DNA from: Terriglobia bacterium
GTDB taxonomy: Bacteria > Acidobacteriota > Terriglobia > Acidiferrales > UBA7541
NCBI GenBank assembly: GCA_033853375.1
Contig: JAWOLO010000211.1
Location: forward strand, 266 to 64,265
Direction: 5' to 3'
DNA: 64,000 bases
Below the pieces are notes generated by a model that had not been told where the DNA came from, did not search any database, and was given only the letters and a program-made list of their open reading frames with translations. How positions within the stretch are numbered: the first letter of the stretch is position 1; the number at the start of each line of letters is the position of its first letter. Positions 35,016 through 45,520 of this stretch are shown here, one piece after another. The position numbers were made by a program, and so were the translations under genes.

Positions 35016-37652
35016 TTGGCTCTTCGAGCCACATTACCAACCAGCGACGGTGAACAGGGACCCCAGTCCAGGGCCGCTGCCAACCCTTCGTCAAACGCCG
35101 TAGGACACGGCCTCGTGACCCCTATTTCGACCGCTGCCTACGGGAACACAGACCACAGAGCTATCGAGGTCCATCGCGCGCTCCGCAACTTTCATCTGCT
35201 CCTGCGTTCCGAGCGGCTTTATGAGAAGAATCACCCAAGCAGGCTCGACAGTTTGGATAGCGCTTACGATTCCTTGCGGCAAATCGCGGAGTCCCTCGAG
35301 GGTCTCGAGATTCGCATCGAGCGCGGCGGAATTGTCGTCCCTAAAATCGGCCAAGGGCACCTGCCGGACACGAAGGGTGAAATGCAGGCACTCGCCGCGG
35401 ATCTCCACCGAGTGGGCATTTGGTCTTTGGTCTTCTCGCGGAAATTCCATGTAGGTGAACTGGACACTCTGGCGCGACTCATGAAGGAGTCATTGCTAGA
35501 ATTGGAGGGGCTGGCAGGGGATGCCGGCAACACCTGGTGGCCGGCCCGCCTTGTGGAGAATCGTGTGGAAGGCATTTCGGTCAATACACAAACCGATCGC
35601 AAAGTCGACACCGTGTTGGCTAGCCTGATTGGCGCCTTGGTAGCCTATGGTGGCCATGTCCCAAAGGAAACCTCGGACTCACCGATCAAAGCGCCGAACC
35701 TCGACGATCTGACAGCCACACTGCGTTTGCTTGCACGCCTTACTCCCCCGCTAGAGACTGCTCGCGGCCTCTCTCCTGAAGAAGCGGCCCGCGCGATTCA
35801 CCGCGCCATGGAGGAAGCCAGCCGCGAGAGTGTGCGCATGCTGCTCCACTCCGTCTCGCAATATGCCCCGCACGATGGTGAGCAGCCTCTTCCTTACCTG
35901 TTGCGCCTGTCGGAAAACATGATTCTGGAGTTCCTCAGCGCGGAATTTGCAGGAGGTTCGCTGACTCCCCCTGCAGTCCGACCAGCCTTTAACCGCCTTG
36001 CGGATGTGCTCGTGGAATCCGGCGCTTACAGCGGTCCTCATGCCTCGCAGCACCTCTCTTCGCTGGCAGTCAGTTGGGCAACTGACAAGCATCGCGAGCA
36101 GTTGATCGACCGCTTCTGGCTGGAGTTGCCTGCGCGAGAAAAATCGGCGGTCGTGCGCGGCACGGATGTCTGGTGCGTTCCCGTTGCCGCCTTGCGTCAA
36201 ACCCTCGGGCAACTGGTCGACACTGGTGCGGATGCTCCGCGGCGCGAAGCGCGAAACATCGTTTTGAATTACTTGCGCCGCCTGGAACTTCCTGACGCCG
36301 CGGCAAGGCGTTCCGTCGCCGCCGGACTGAATGAGATGGTTCCCATCCTCGAATCCCTGTGGCCCAACCAGTTGCCAGAGGAACTCAGCCGGTGCGCCAT
36401 GAAAGCTCTTCAGGCAGAGACCGCTCCCGAAACGGCCGCGCTTCTCGCCGCTCTCGTGGAAGCCTTGGGGCGTATTGCCGTGAATCGCGCCGACTATGCC
36501 GGATTCGAATTTATTCTTACAGGGCTGGAGCGCGCACCCCGCGACAAAGAACACGATCACATGACCGCGCTGTCGACGCGTCTGGTTGCCCAGGACCGCT
36601 GGTTCTTACTGGTGGACGCTTCTCTGGCCAAACGACCGCTGGATCCGATCCTCCCTCGGCTCTTGCAGCGCGATCCGGAGCGCTTGCTGGACCGCCTGAC
36701 GCTGCTGCTCACCGAGTCCCGCGGCGCCGACATGTTGCAGGCGATGGCCCGCCTCCTGCGAACGATTGGCGTGCCCGTCCTCAATCTGCTCGAAACGCGT
36801 TTATACGAAGCGCGGCGTCAGCGCGTGACGGCCGCAATCAAGCTGCTGGCTGTTGCCGATCCCGAACGTCTGCTGCGCGGCCTGGCGCGCGCCATTGGGA
36901 GCTGGGAGTGGAACCTTCAGGATTTGGCTGTGAGCGAGCTTTCGCGTCCCTCCAATTCCGCCTCAGCGCAAAGCGTGGCCTTCGTTTTCTCCGCGATTCT
37001 CGCGGATGCGCACCCCATGGTCGTGCCCATGATGATCGACCAAATTGGCTTGGCGCAGGAAGCCACCGCTGTGCCGCATCTTTTGGAAATTGCCGCGGGG
37101 GAACACGAAGTCTTGCGCGACCAGTTTGTGCGCATCAAGGCTATTGAGGCGCTAGGCCGTATGCGCTCGGCGGATGCCGCCGAACTTCTGCGCACCCTCG
37201 TAGAAAAGCGTGATGGCCTGGCTTATGCAGAGCCTGCGGGCTTGCGCGCCGCCGCCGAGGATGCGCTTGCTCTCATCGAGAATCGCCCTTCGTTCAAGCA
37301 GGCTGCCGCTGCGTTTGGCGCGCCGGCGCAAGCGAGCTCCGGCTATCTCATTCCGCGCCGCTATGTGCGCGTGCCGCTCGAATCGCCGCTGCGCGCGCAA
37401 ATTGAAGGCGCGCCTGCCGGCCTCGCTCGCGTTAAGACCATCAGCCTGGGCGGCGCTTATCTCGAGTCTCCGCGAAAACTCGCCGTGGGTGATTCCATCA
37501 AGCTCGAAGTGCGCACCGGCCTTCGTAAAATCAATTTCACCGCCGTGGTCCGCAACATTAGTTCAGACGGCACGGGCGTGGAGTTCGTGCACATGCGCGA
37601 CGAAGACCGCGAGCGCCTCCGCAAGTTCGTCCAGCGCCACCTGCAGCTGTAG
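35016..37652 (+). CDS. Large alpha-helical HEAT-like protein with C-terminal PilZ domain; start uncertain
   Basis: LYEKNHP N-motif; RIKAIEALGR HEAT repeat; RRYVR...TISLGG...GVEF PilZ. Confidence 0.8.
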   Translation: MALRATLPTSDGEQGPQSRAAANPSSNAVGHGLVTPISTAAYGNTDHRAIEVHRALRNFHLLLRSERLYEKNHPSRLDSLDSAYDSLRQIAESLEGLEIRIERGGIVVPKIGQGHLPDTKGEMQALAADLHRVGIWSLVFSRKFHVGELDTLARLMKESLLELEGLAGDAGNTWWPARLVENRVEGISVNTQTDRKVDTVLASLIGALVAYGGHVPKETSDSPIKAPNLDDLTATLRLLARLTPPLETARGLSPEEAARAIHRAMEEASRESVRMLLHSVSQYAPHDGEQPLPYLLRLSENMILEFLSAEFAGGSLTPPAVRPAFNRLADVLVESGAYSGPHASQHLSSLAVSWATDKHREQLIDRFWLELPAREKSAVVRGTDVWCVPVAALRQTLGQLVDTGADAPRREARNIVLNYLRRLELPDAAARRSVAAGLNEMVPILESLWPNQLPEELSRCAMKALQAETAPETAALLAALVEALGRIAVNRADYAGFEFILTGLERAPRDKEHDHMTALSTRLVAQDRWFLLVDASLAKRPLDPILPRLLQRDPERLLDRLTLLLTESRGADMLQAMARLLRTIGVPVLNLLETRLYEARRQRVTAAIKLLAVADPERLLRGLARAIGSWEWNLQDLAVSELSRPSNSASAQSVAFVFSAILADAHPMVVPMMIDQIGLAQEATAVPHLLEIAAGEHEVLRDQFVRIKAIEALGRMRSADAAELLRTLVEKRDGLAYAEPAGLRAAAEDALALIENRPSFKQAAAAFGAPAQASSGYLIPRRYVRVPLESPLRAQIEGAPAGLARVKTISLGGAYLESPRKLAVGDSIKLEVRTGLRKINFTAVVRNISSDGTGVEFVHMRDEDRERLRKFVQRHLQL

Positions 37653-38119
37653 CCGCCTAGCGCTGGCCTCTACGTTTTACCTGTTTCGAATCAGAGCGGG
37701 AGCCCTACGACTTGGGCTTTCGCGAACGCGGAAGCTGCAAACTAGCTTGCAGCGCAAGCTAGTTGTTGAAACAAAGAAGTTTGCATTGCGAAGCGATCGT
37801 AAGCCGATAGCGGCCTATGATTTGCACATTGCGGGAGTCGCTCTGGGATGAGTCTCACGTGTGCGACAAGAAGCGACATTCCCACGTTATTCTTTCGTTT
37901 CCCGTCTGGTCGCTTACGCCGTTCAGTCTAACTGGTTTCAATGTCTCTCCTCGCAAACCGCTGGCCTGCCTCAAAGACAAGAACGGAGAAGTTTTCAGTT
38001 GAAAGCCGGGCGGCGTTGCAGTAAAAGCCCTATATTCGATTGTTTCAGGTGTGAAGCGGCGGGGCCAGCCCGCCACCGCTAGGGGTAGCGGCAGATTCAG
38101 GAGCCACAGGAGGAACTTC

Positions 38120-41100
38120 ATGCAACGCAGGCAAGAGGTGTGTGCTTGGGCGGGTTGGCGGTTGGTATTCGCGGGATCTTGGCTCGTTTTGCTTCTGCTC
38201 GTCAGCGCAGCGCTCGCCTCGGCGCAGGTGAACACTGCCACGCTTTCCGGAACGGTCTACGATCCACAAAATCTCGCCGTGAAAGGCGCAAAGGTCACAC
38301 TGACCAACGCGGCTACCGGCGCGACTCGGACTGCCGTCACGGACGAGAACGGCCGCTACAACCTCGTGGGAATTCCTCCCGGCCAGTACAAGCTGACTGT
38401 GGATGGCGGCGCCAACTTCGGGCTTTATGAAAATGCATCGATCGTTTTGACCGTAGGTGAGAGCGCTTCGTTTGATCCTCGCTTGGAACTGAAAGGTATG
38501 ACCCAGACGGTGACCGTCTCCACGGAAACCGCTCCGATCGAAACCACCAAGACAGAGGTCTCCGACACGGTGGAGCAGCGCCGCATCGACAACCTGCCCA
38601 TCAATGGCCGCAACTACATCAATTTCACGCTGACCAATTCGCAGACGACGCGCGATATGGCCCCGACAATTGGTCCGGCTCCCAACAGCGGCTTGAGCAT
38701 CGGGGGAGCCCGCGCGCGCGGCAATATGGTGAGCGTGGACGGCGCGGACGCAGGCGACAATTCCGTCAACGGCATCCGCTCCACGATTTCCCAGGAAGGC
38801 GTTCAGGAATTTCAGCTCATCCTGAGCAACTACAACGCGGAATACGGCCGCGCCACGGGCGGCGTGGTCAACATCGTGACCAAGAGCGGCGGCAACGAAT
38901 TTCACGGCGACGCTTACGGCTACTTCCGCAACAAGGCATTTCAGGCGCGCAACGCCTTTTCCGGACAAGTCGATCCCCTGACCGGAGCCCTCGACCCAGT
39001 CAAGCAGGCTTACACGCGCACGCAGAGCGGTCTGACCTTCGGCGGTCCCTTGAAGAAGGACAAGACGTTTTACTTTTTCTCGTACGAATACACGCAGCGC
39101 GAAGAAACAGGATTCTCGAGCATCGGCATCGGCAATTTTGGTCTCACAACCGGCGTTGTCTCATCCTGCATTCCATTTCCTCTGAGCATGACTCCCGACC
39201 AGCTGGCTTTCTACAAAAATGCTCTTAACGCTGCGACGGCTGGGGGAACTTCTTGTTCAAATCCGGTTGCGGCTCAACTCGAGCAAGCCGCGTCTGTGAC
39301 CGCGGCGGGCTCGAATGTCGCAGCAAACGCGGACATGAACAAGAACGTGGACGGATCCACGGTCCCCATCTCGAGCGCCCTCTTTGGAATCCCAACCGCG
39401 CTTGGTTCTAAGTTTTTTCCTATCCCAGTTGCTTGTCCATTGGGAACTCAGGTGAACAATGTCATCTGCGTTCCAGCTGCTGGGAATCCTCCAGGAGTGG
39501 GAACAGGCTTGGTGCCTCTTCCGGCGTCATACGTCGGGATGAATTCTGTGCGCGGGAATTATCCAGTGATGGAAAAAACAAGCCTCTGGTCCGCCCGCCT
39601 GGATCAGCGCTGGAACAATCACAACAATTCTTTTCTTCGCGTTGGTGTATCTCCGTCGCTCGTCACTGGCCTTCCTTCTACATCTCAAAACCAGGTTTTC
39701 GGGCAGAATTCAGGTTCACGCGCCGGATACAACCAGTCCCGCGATCTCAGCGTTACCTTCCAGCACGACACCATCATCAACGACAAGACCTTCAATGAAT
39801 TCAGGTCACAGATCGCGCGCCGGGGCCTGCATTTCGGGTTCTCGCAACTGCCCGGTGGCTCCAATATCGGCGTCAACATTCCTGGATTCGCCTATTTCGG
39901 GCGGGAGCCCTATTCGACGGTAGATCGCATCGAGCGACGCTTCGAATTTACAGATCATGTGACCCTAGTCCGCGGCAGCCATACTTTCAAAATTGGTGGC
40001 GACTACAACCTTATTCAGTTGCGCTCGAACAAGGCGCAAATCTTTGAACTCGACTTCGGCGGTGACGTGAATTTCGGCGGCTTGGCTCTCTTTGGGTCGG
40101 GCGTCCCTGGAACGACAGGCCTGCAATCTTACGGCCTCGGAATTCCCATCTCTTATATTCAAGGGATCGGGAATTCCAACCAGCCATTTGACAACCAGCC
40201 GATGGGCTTTTTTGTGCAGGACAGTTGGCGCATGAACCGGCACCTCACTGTCAATTACGGCGTGCGCTACGACGTGGAAATCAGTCCGCTCTTCACTCCG
40301 GCAACTGCGGTGAACGCCGCCGCGGAAAAAGCACTCGGCGTGGTAGAAGGCATTCCGCGCGATTACAACAACGTGGCTCCGCGCTTTGGCTTGGCTTGGG
40401 ATCCCTCTGGAGACGGCAAGACGGTGATTCGCGCCGGATACGGAATGTTTTACGATCATCCGCTCCTGGCAACGGCGTTTGACTCTGTGACGGCCGACGG
40501 CGGCCGCTCCGTGCAGTTGCTCTCCACAGGAGGCACGGCATCCGCCTGCGGGCTCCTTCCCCAAGTGGCCGTCTGTGGCAACGGCTTGGATTCTCCCACA
40601 AACCTGAACGGCTCCTCCATTTTCCAGGGCGTTTTGAACGCGCTGCCCAACATGTTTTATCTGCCCAACCAGCAACGCTTCGATCCGCTTGCCTCGGGTT
40701 CTCTCTTCGCCAATCAAACGTACTTGCAGGCAGGATTTCCGTTGCCCATTTTGCCCTTCACCCTGCCGCTCGCGAAAAATTTCGTTTACGCCTATGCTCA
40801 TCAAGCAAATCTTACAGTCGAGCGGGAAATTGCCGGCTCCTGGAAATTCAGCCTTGGCTATCAGTGGACTCGCGGCCTGCATTTGAACCGGCCAATAGAC
40901 ATCAATATTACGGATCCAAAGCTCCTAGCACAAAATGCCTTCAACGCCGCTGCTTCCGGCATCAGCGTCAGCAATCCGCTCACCGTGGTTGTTCCTACAG
41001 GCAACGGCACGCCCGGCTCTTGCTTCAACACAAGCACAGGCAGCATTCAGCTCATTGCGCCTGGCGTGCTTGGCGCAGGATTTGCCGCGCCGAATTGCCC

Positions 41101-42055
41101 CGCGGCAGCCGCGGTGGGCTTCATTGGCACGCCGGCCTTCTTCAACTTCTTCCGTCCTTCCGGCCCCAATCCTTCGTTCGCGGGCCTGGTCGGCGGCTAC
41201 GCCAACCAGGTGGGTCTCGCCGCAATGGCAGGGTACCCACAAGGATTTGGCGTTCCCGTACCGTGGAATAGCGTGGATACGCAGCGTTCCGACGGCAATT
41301 CCTGGTACAACGCGGTCACGTTTAATTTGTCGAAGCGTTTCTCGAAGGGCTTCGAGCTGCTATCCAGCTACACGTACTCTCATTCGATTGACGACTCGAC
41401 GGACCTACAGTCTCCGCTGGAGCCCCAAGACAGCCGTTTCCCTTTCCTCGAGCGCGCTGACTCTGTGAACGACCAGCGCCACCGCTGGGTGACCAGTGCC
41501 GTTCTTCAATCGCCCAGCGGCAAGTCCGGCGATGGCGCCTTCAAGCGTTTCTTTGGCGACTTTACGCTCTCCCCAATCGTGGAGTTTTCTTCCGGGCGGC
41601 CGTTCAATGTTATTACCGGGGAAGACACGCGTTTGACCATAGGTGCGTCGCAAGCGCGTCCTTCCATCGCCCCGACTGGCACGGCGGGAACAACTTCCGC
41701 GTTCATTCCGGGCGTCGTGTTTGTCCCTGCCAATGTCTGCCTGACGAACAGCGGCAGCGCGTTCAATGTTCCGTTCGTTGCGCCTCCCGCCGGTTGCACG
41801 GGCAATCTGGGGCGCAACCGCTTCGTCATGCCCAATTTCTTCCAATGGGATATGCGCCTGTCTCGGCAGATTCCGCTTGGCGAAAGGTTCAAGCTCGACG
41901 TCATCGCCGATGCCTTCAACCTCTTCAACCGCACCAATATCGCTGCGGTCAATCAGCTTTGCGACCCGCTTGCCGGCGCGACTTGCTTTGCAGGTCAGCC
42001 GACCGCCAGTTACGACGCGCGCCAGTTCCAGTTCGCGCTCAAGCTGAACTGGTAG
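38120..42055 (+). CDS. Oar-like TonB-dependent receptor with carboxypeptidase-regulatory-like N-domain
   Basis: LSGTVYD, NLPINGRNY, TKSGGNEFHG and APRFGLAWD motifs; C-terminal RQFQFALKLNW; AGGAGG RBS. Confidence 0.95.
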   Translation: MQRRQEVCAWAGWRLVFAGSWLVLLLLVSAALASAQVNTATLSGTVYDPQNLAVKGAKVTLTNAATGATRTAVTDENGRYNLVGIPPGQYKLTVDGGANFGLYENASIVLTVGESASFDPRLELKGMTQTVTVSTETAPIETTKTEVSDTVEQRRIDNLPINGRNYINFTLTNSQTTRDMAPTIGPAPNSGLSIGGARARGNMVSVDGADAGDNSVNGIRSTISQEGVQEFQLILSNYNAEYGRATGGVVNIVTKSGGNEFHGDAYGYFRNKAFQARNAFSGQVDPLTGALDPVKQAYTRTQSGLTFGGPLKKDKTFYFFSYEYTQREETGFSSIGIGNFGLTTGVVSSCIPFPLSMTPDQLAFYKNALNAATAGGTSCSNPVAAQLEQAASVTAAGSNVAANADMNKNVDGSTVPISSALFGIPTALGSKFFPIPVACPLGTQVNNVICVPAAGNPPGVGTGLVPLPASYVGMNSVRGNYPVMEKTSLWSARLDQRWNNHNNSFLRVGVSPSLVTGLPSTSQNQVFGQNSGSRAGYNQSRDLSVTFQHDTIINDKTFNEFRSQIARRGLHFGFSQLPGGSNIGVNIPGFAYFGREPYSTVDRIERRFEFTDHVTLVRGSHTFKIGGDYNLIQLRSNKAQIFELDFGGDVNFGGLALFGSGVPGTTGLQSYGLGIPISYIQGIGNSNQPFDNQPMGFFVQDSWRMNRHLTVNYGVRYDVEISPLFTPATAVNAAAEKALGVVEGIPRDYNNVAPRFGLAWDPSGDGKTVIRAGYGMFYDHPLLATAFDSVTADGGRSVQLLSTGGTASACGLLPQVAVCGNGLDSPTNLNGSSIFQGVLNALPNMFYLPNQQRFDPLASGSLFANQTYLQAGFPLPILPFTLPLAKNFVYAYAHQANLTVEREIAGSWKFSLGYQWTRGLHLNRPIDINITDPKLLAQNAFNAAASGISVSNPLTVVVPTGNGTPGSCFNTSTGSIQLIAPGVLGAGFAAPNCPAAAAVGFIGTPAFFNFFRPSGPNPSFAGLVGGYANQVGLAAMAGYPQGFGVPVPWNSVDTQRSDGNSWYNAVTFNLSKRFSKGFELLSSYTYSHSIDDSTDLQSPLEPQDSRFPFLERADSVNDQRHRWVTSAVLQSPSGKSGDGAFKRFFGDFTLSPIVEFSSGRPFNVITGEDTRLTIGASQARPSIAPTGTAGTTSAFIPGVVFVPANVCLTNSGSAFNVPFVAPPAGCTGNLGRNRFVMPNFFQWDMRLSRQIPLGERFKLDVIADAFNLFNRTNIAAVNQLCDPLAGATCFAGQPTASYDARQFQFALKLNW

Positions 42056-42096
42056 AAGAAGTTCAGAAGTCAAAAGTTTAGGGTTCAATCCGAAGA

Positions 42097-42127
42097 AAGG
42101 CCCTGCTTGGCAGGGCCTTCTTCATTC
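42097..42127 (+). terminator. Putative intrinsic terminator
   Basis: AAGGCCCTGC-TTG-GCAGGGCCTT followed by a pyrimidine-rich tail. Confidence 0.65.
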
Positions 42128-42267
42128 TCAGGAATCCGCGGAACTCTCCAGAGCTTTCCTCTTGGCTTCCGAGTCTGGACTTTTCGATCTCCACAATCTC
42201 TCAACCGTCCACTTTCGACCTCTGCTAAAGTAAAAGAACCGTTTCCCGTCATGATCTTGGAGAAAAA

Positions 42268-43416
42268 ATGACTGGAGTCCTCATCGGTGTAGCCATCGTG
42301 GTGGCCTTGGCGGTTCTCTGGCTGGTGTTGCAGAGCCTGCAAAGCCGCCAGAAGAACGAAACTCTCGAATCCCAAATGAACGAATTGCGGCGCGACCTTC
42401 AAAACATGGTCACGGCGCAGGCAAGAAGCGCAGGCGAGATGGAAGCGATCGCCAAGGGAGTCGCGCAGCGGCTCGACAGCGTCACTCCGGCGCTGCAGGA
42501 AGCCGTCAAGAACTCCGCGCAAATTACCGGGCAATTGGCCTCGGACGCGCAGTCCCGCATGGCGGCGGAACTCAAGAACGCCCGCGAGCAGATCAGCGAG
42601 ATTCAGCGCCAACTCGGCGGAGTGCAGCAAGCCAGCACGCAATTATCGCAAGCGGCGCAGACCATCGAAGGCATCCTGGGCGGCGCAAAGTCACGCGGCT
42701 CGCTCGGCGAGGTCACGCTTGAGCGTCTGCTCGAAGATTCCTTGCCTCCCGGCCTCTACGCCACGCAATACCGCTTTTCGAGCGGGGAAGCTGCGGACGC
42801 CGTGATTTTTCTGCGCGACAGAAAACTGATGGCCATTGATTCCAAGTTCCCGCTCGACGCGTATCGGCGCATTGCCGCAGAAGGAGACGAAGCACGGCGT
42901 GTCTTTGCCACCGCTGTGAAAGGCCATGCAGATGCCATCGCCAAAAAGTACATCGTTCCCGAAGAAGGCACGCTCGATCTCGCTTTGATGTTTGTCCCCT
43001 CCGAAGCCGTGTACTACGAGCTGCTCATGAGCGCGGACGGAAAAGGCTTGCCTCTGGATGCCTACTGCCGCGAACGGCAAGTCATCGCCGTTTCGCCGAA
43101 TACCCTCTACGCACACCTTTGCGTGATTGCCATGGGCCTGCGCGGGATGCAAACCGAAGAAAATGTCAGGCGTCTCCTCGGAAGCCTTTCCGGCCTGGAC
43201 AAGCAGCTCGAAAAATTCGCGGATAGGTTCGGAACTTTGGGTACGCATCTAAAAAATGCCGCCCAGAGCTACGGGGAAGCTGACAAGCTGCTGGAAAAAA
43301 CGCACGATGCTCTGCAAGGAATGCTCGCGCCCGCCCCGTCCGAGCCCGCGCTGGAAAACGGGCAGAGTAAACTTAGCTTCGCCGCCGAAGCTACCGCAGC
43401 AAAGAAAAGCGCTTAA
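42268..43416 (+). CDS. rmuC: DNA recombination protein RmuC
   Basis: N-terminal TM, coiled coil, RGSLGE, IDSKFP, MFVPSEAVY and VSPNT motifs. Confidence 0.92.
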   Translation: MTGVLIGVAIVVALAVLWLVLQSLQSRQKNETLESQMNELRRDLQNMVTAQARSAGEMEAIAKGVAQRLDSVTPALQEAVKNSAQITGQLASDAQSRMAAELKNAREQISEIQRQLGGVQQASTQLSQAAQTIEGILGGAKSRGSLGEVTLERLLEDSLPPGLYATQYRFSSGEAADAVIFLRDRKLMAIDSKFPLDAYRRIAAEGDEARRVFATAVKGHADAIAKKYIVPEEGTLDLALMFVPSEAVYYELLMSADGKGLPLDAYCRERQVIAVSPNTLYAHLCVIAMGLRGMQTEENVRRLLGSLSGLDKQLEKFADRFGTLGTHLKNAAQSYGEADKLLEKTHDALQGMLAPAPSEPALENGQSKLSFAAEATAAKKSA

Positions 43417-43425
43417 ACTACGCAA

Positions 43426-44313
43426 TTAGGAAGCCCGATTTGGCCTTCCCATCGTCGGGACTAGGCGGATGGAGATGAGGAAGGTGCCGTTCTTTTTTCC
43501 GACGACCTCGAACTGCGCCACATTCTCTTCTTCGCTGCCACCCGCACTCAGGCGCCTCACGGGATTTCCTCCCACCAGCTCCGCGATGTCCGGCGCGAGA
43601 TTGCGCGCTTCCAGCGAGATCTTTTCCTCCGTGCCGCGCACGCGCACGGTCAGCGTTCGATGCTCGCCTCGCTTCAGCGGGGAAGAGTCCGCTTTCAGCT
43701 CCAGCTCGACGAACGCGACGGAGAACGCCGGCGCATCGCGCTTCCGGCACGAGACCGTCACTTTCGCCTGCCCGGGCTCCAGCTCCATCGGGGGCAGAAC
43801 CGTCAGCGCAACCGGAGAAGACGCCAACACCAGCGCGCCGTGGTCCCCGATGCTGATCTGATTGGCATCGGCATCGCCGCAAAATCCTCTGCCGGAGATT
43901 TCGAAGCGGTCCATCAGCGAAGCGACGCGCGGGGCCAAGGAGATTTCCATCGAGGGCGCCGACGCCTCGGAAGGCGTGAGAATTATCGTCGACACGCGCC
44001 CCGGACGGCCCTCAATGGAGCCAAAAATGATGCCCGGATTCAACGGCGCCACAAAAAGCGCCCGGCCCGTAGCATCTGTTTTGAGATGGTCGCCGTTGGA
44101 GAAATTGACCGTGGCTCCGGGAGTCAGACGCCCATTCACGTCCAGCACGGCAAGCGTGGCCCGTTCGCCGGAAACGATGCGGCGCGGCAGGAGCAAAATG
44201 CGGGCCGAAGTAGGCGAGGGCGGCGCGGGAGGCTTTTGTTGCCCCGCCCATGCTGGAACGAAGCTGGCAGCGATCAGGCAAACAGTGAAGAAAAATTGGC
44301 GGCGGGCAGCCAT
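43426..44313 (-). CDS. Secreted hypothetical protein (beta-sandwich/Ig-like repeats)
   Basis: Signal peptide ending AWA; TDATGRA; beta-rich. Confidence 0.65.
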   Translation of the reverse strand: MAARRQFFFTVCLIAASFVPAWAGQQKPPAPPSPTSARILLLPRRIVSGERATLAVLDVNGRLTPGATVNFSNGDHLKTDATGRALFVAPLNPGIIFGSIEGRPGRVSTIILTPSEASAPSMEISLAPRVASLMDRFEISGRGFCGDADANQISIGDHGALVLASSPVALTVLPPMELEPGQAKVTVSCRKRDAPAFSVAFVELELKADSSPLKRGEHRTLTVRVRGTEEKISLEARNLAPDIAELVGGNPVRRLSAGGSEEENVAQFEVVGKKNGTFLISIRLVPTMGRPNRAS

Positions 44314-44460
44314 GCGTGGATTGTAGTGGAGAAGTTCGCGCCAGGGAAAGGCGTGTGCGGGTGGAAGAAGTATTCTTCGTGAATCACTTTTTCGCGTGAA
44401 GGATTTCTCCTCAAGGACGCGGAACCGTTTGCCGGCGGTGCAATCAATTCTTAATGCGAT

Positions 44461-45228
44461 TCATTTTCCGGAGACGACCGGTTCTTGCTCTGGCGAATAC
44501 ACAAGCACGGTTCGGCTCATGACGCCCGCAGACAGCCGACGCAAACGGTAGCGGAAAGAGCGTGGCCCTGAACGGTTGGAGCAATCCTCCAACCGATAAA
44601 AAGTATCTTGATACTTCACCGTTCGCGGGGGCGTCCAATCCGGTTTCGGGCGGCACGCGCGAATCTCCAGAAATTCCTCCGCGCCCTCTTTGAGGACGCA
44701 CAGTTCGTCGGGAATGTCGCCGGCCCGCGCAACGCGGACCTTTTCGCGGATCGCTCCGACGTACGAAGACAAATTCGTTTGCGTATAGCCCGCTTCTTGT
44801 GCGGCCCCCAGGCCACGCTGTCCGGTGATCTTCAGAAAAATCTTGTCCAGCACGAAAAGTGGAAGAATTCCGAGATTGCTTTCCGTGAAGGCCGCACCGA
44901 CGAGGCGTACGCTACCCTCGACCGCGAAGTACAGGAGCAGCAAGGTGAGCGGATGCATCGCGAAGACGACGATCGCCGTAAAGCCAATCTCCTGATCCGT
45001 GACGCCCGGACCCATTTTGCCGGCAACGGCGGCGTCCAATGCGCGGGAAACCCAAGTGGTCACCGAATAGGAATACCAGTAAAGCAGGGCGACCACCGCA
45101 AGCACGAACTCGCCAAATCCGCTGAGCAGGCAGGGGGTACGCCATTCCGCAGATTTGATGAAGGGCAACGACTGCCGCCAGCGCTTGGGCAGCACGGCTA
45201 AGAATGGCCCGACAAGAAAAGTGAACAC
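44461..45228 (-). CDS. Hypothetical membrane protein
   Basis: Several TM segments and a soluble C-domain (KPDW...Y.L). Confidence 0.65.
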   Translation of the reverse strand: MFTFLVGPFLAVLPKRWRQSLPFIKSAEWRTPCLLSGFGEFVLAVVALLYWYSYSVTTWVSRALDAAVAGKMGPGVTDQEIGFTAIVVFAMHPLTLLLLYFAVEGSVRLVGAAFTESNLGILPLFVLDKIFLKITGQRGLGAAQEAGYTQTNLSSYVGAIREKVRVARAGDIPDELCVLKEGAEEFLEIRACRPKPDWTPPRTVKYQDTFYRLEDCSNRSGPRSFRYRLRRLSAGVMSRTVLVYSPEQEPVVSGK

Positions 45229-45520
45229 GCCCGAGTAACCCCTGAAAAGAATACTAGAGAAATTCGCCCCTCCAGGATCTTGCGAACGGCAGATTCAGCC
45301 TAAGAGTTACAAGCGGGCATCGCGGGGCGGGTTTCTGTGTGGGCGTCCTTCTAAGTCACCGAAAACAGAGCGACTCCGGAGGCCTGCGTGTGGCGTAAGT
45401 GCGAGTAATTAGTAGGGTTCAGGGCCATTTCGCGAGGCTTGGGGTGTGCTAGCGTGAGAGAAGGCCCAGTCTTGGGAGTGCAGGCAGGGGTGTGAGTTCA
45501 AATAGGGCATCGGAGCACGT

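Noticed and set aside
37653-38119. Cobalamin or other riboswitch before the TonB receptor
   Set aside because: No B12-box or other recognisable aptamer motifs
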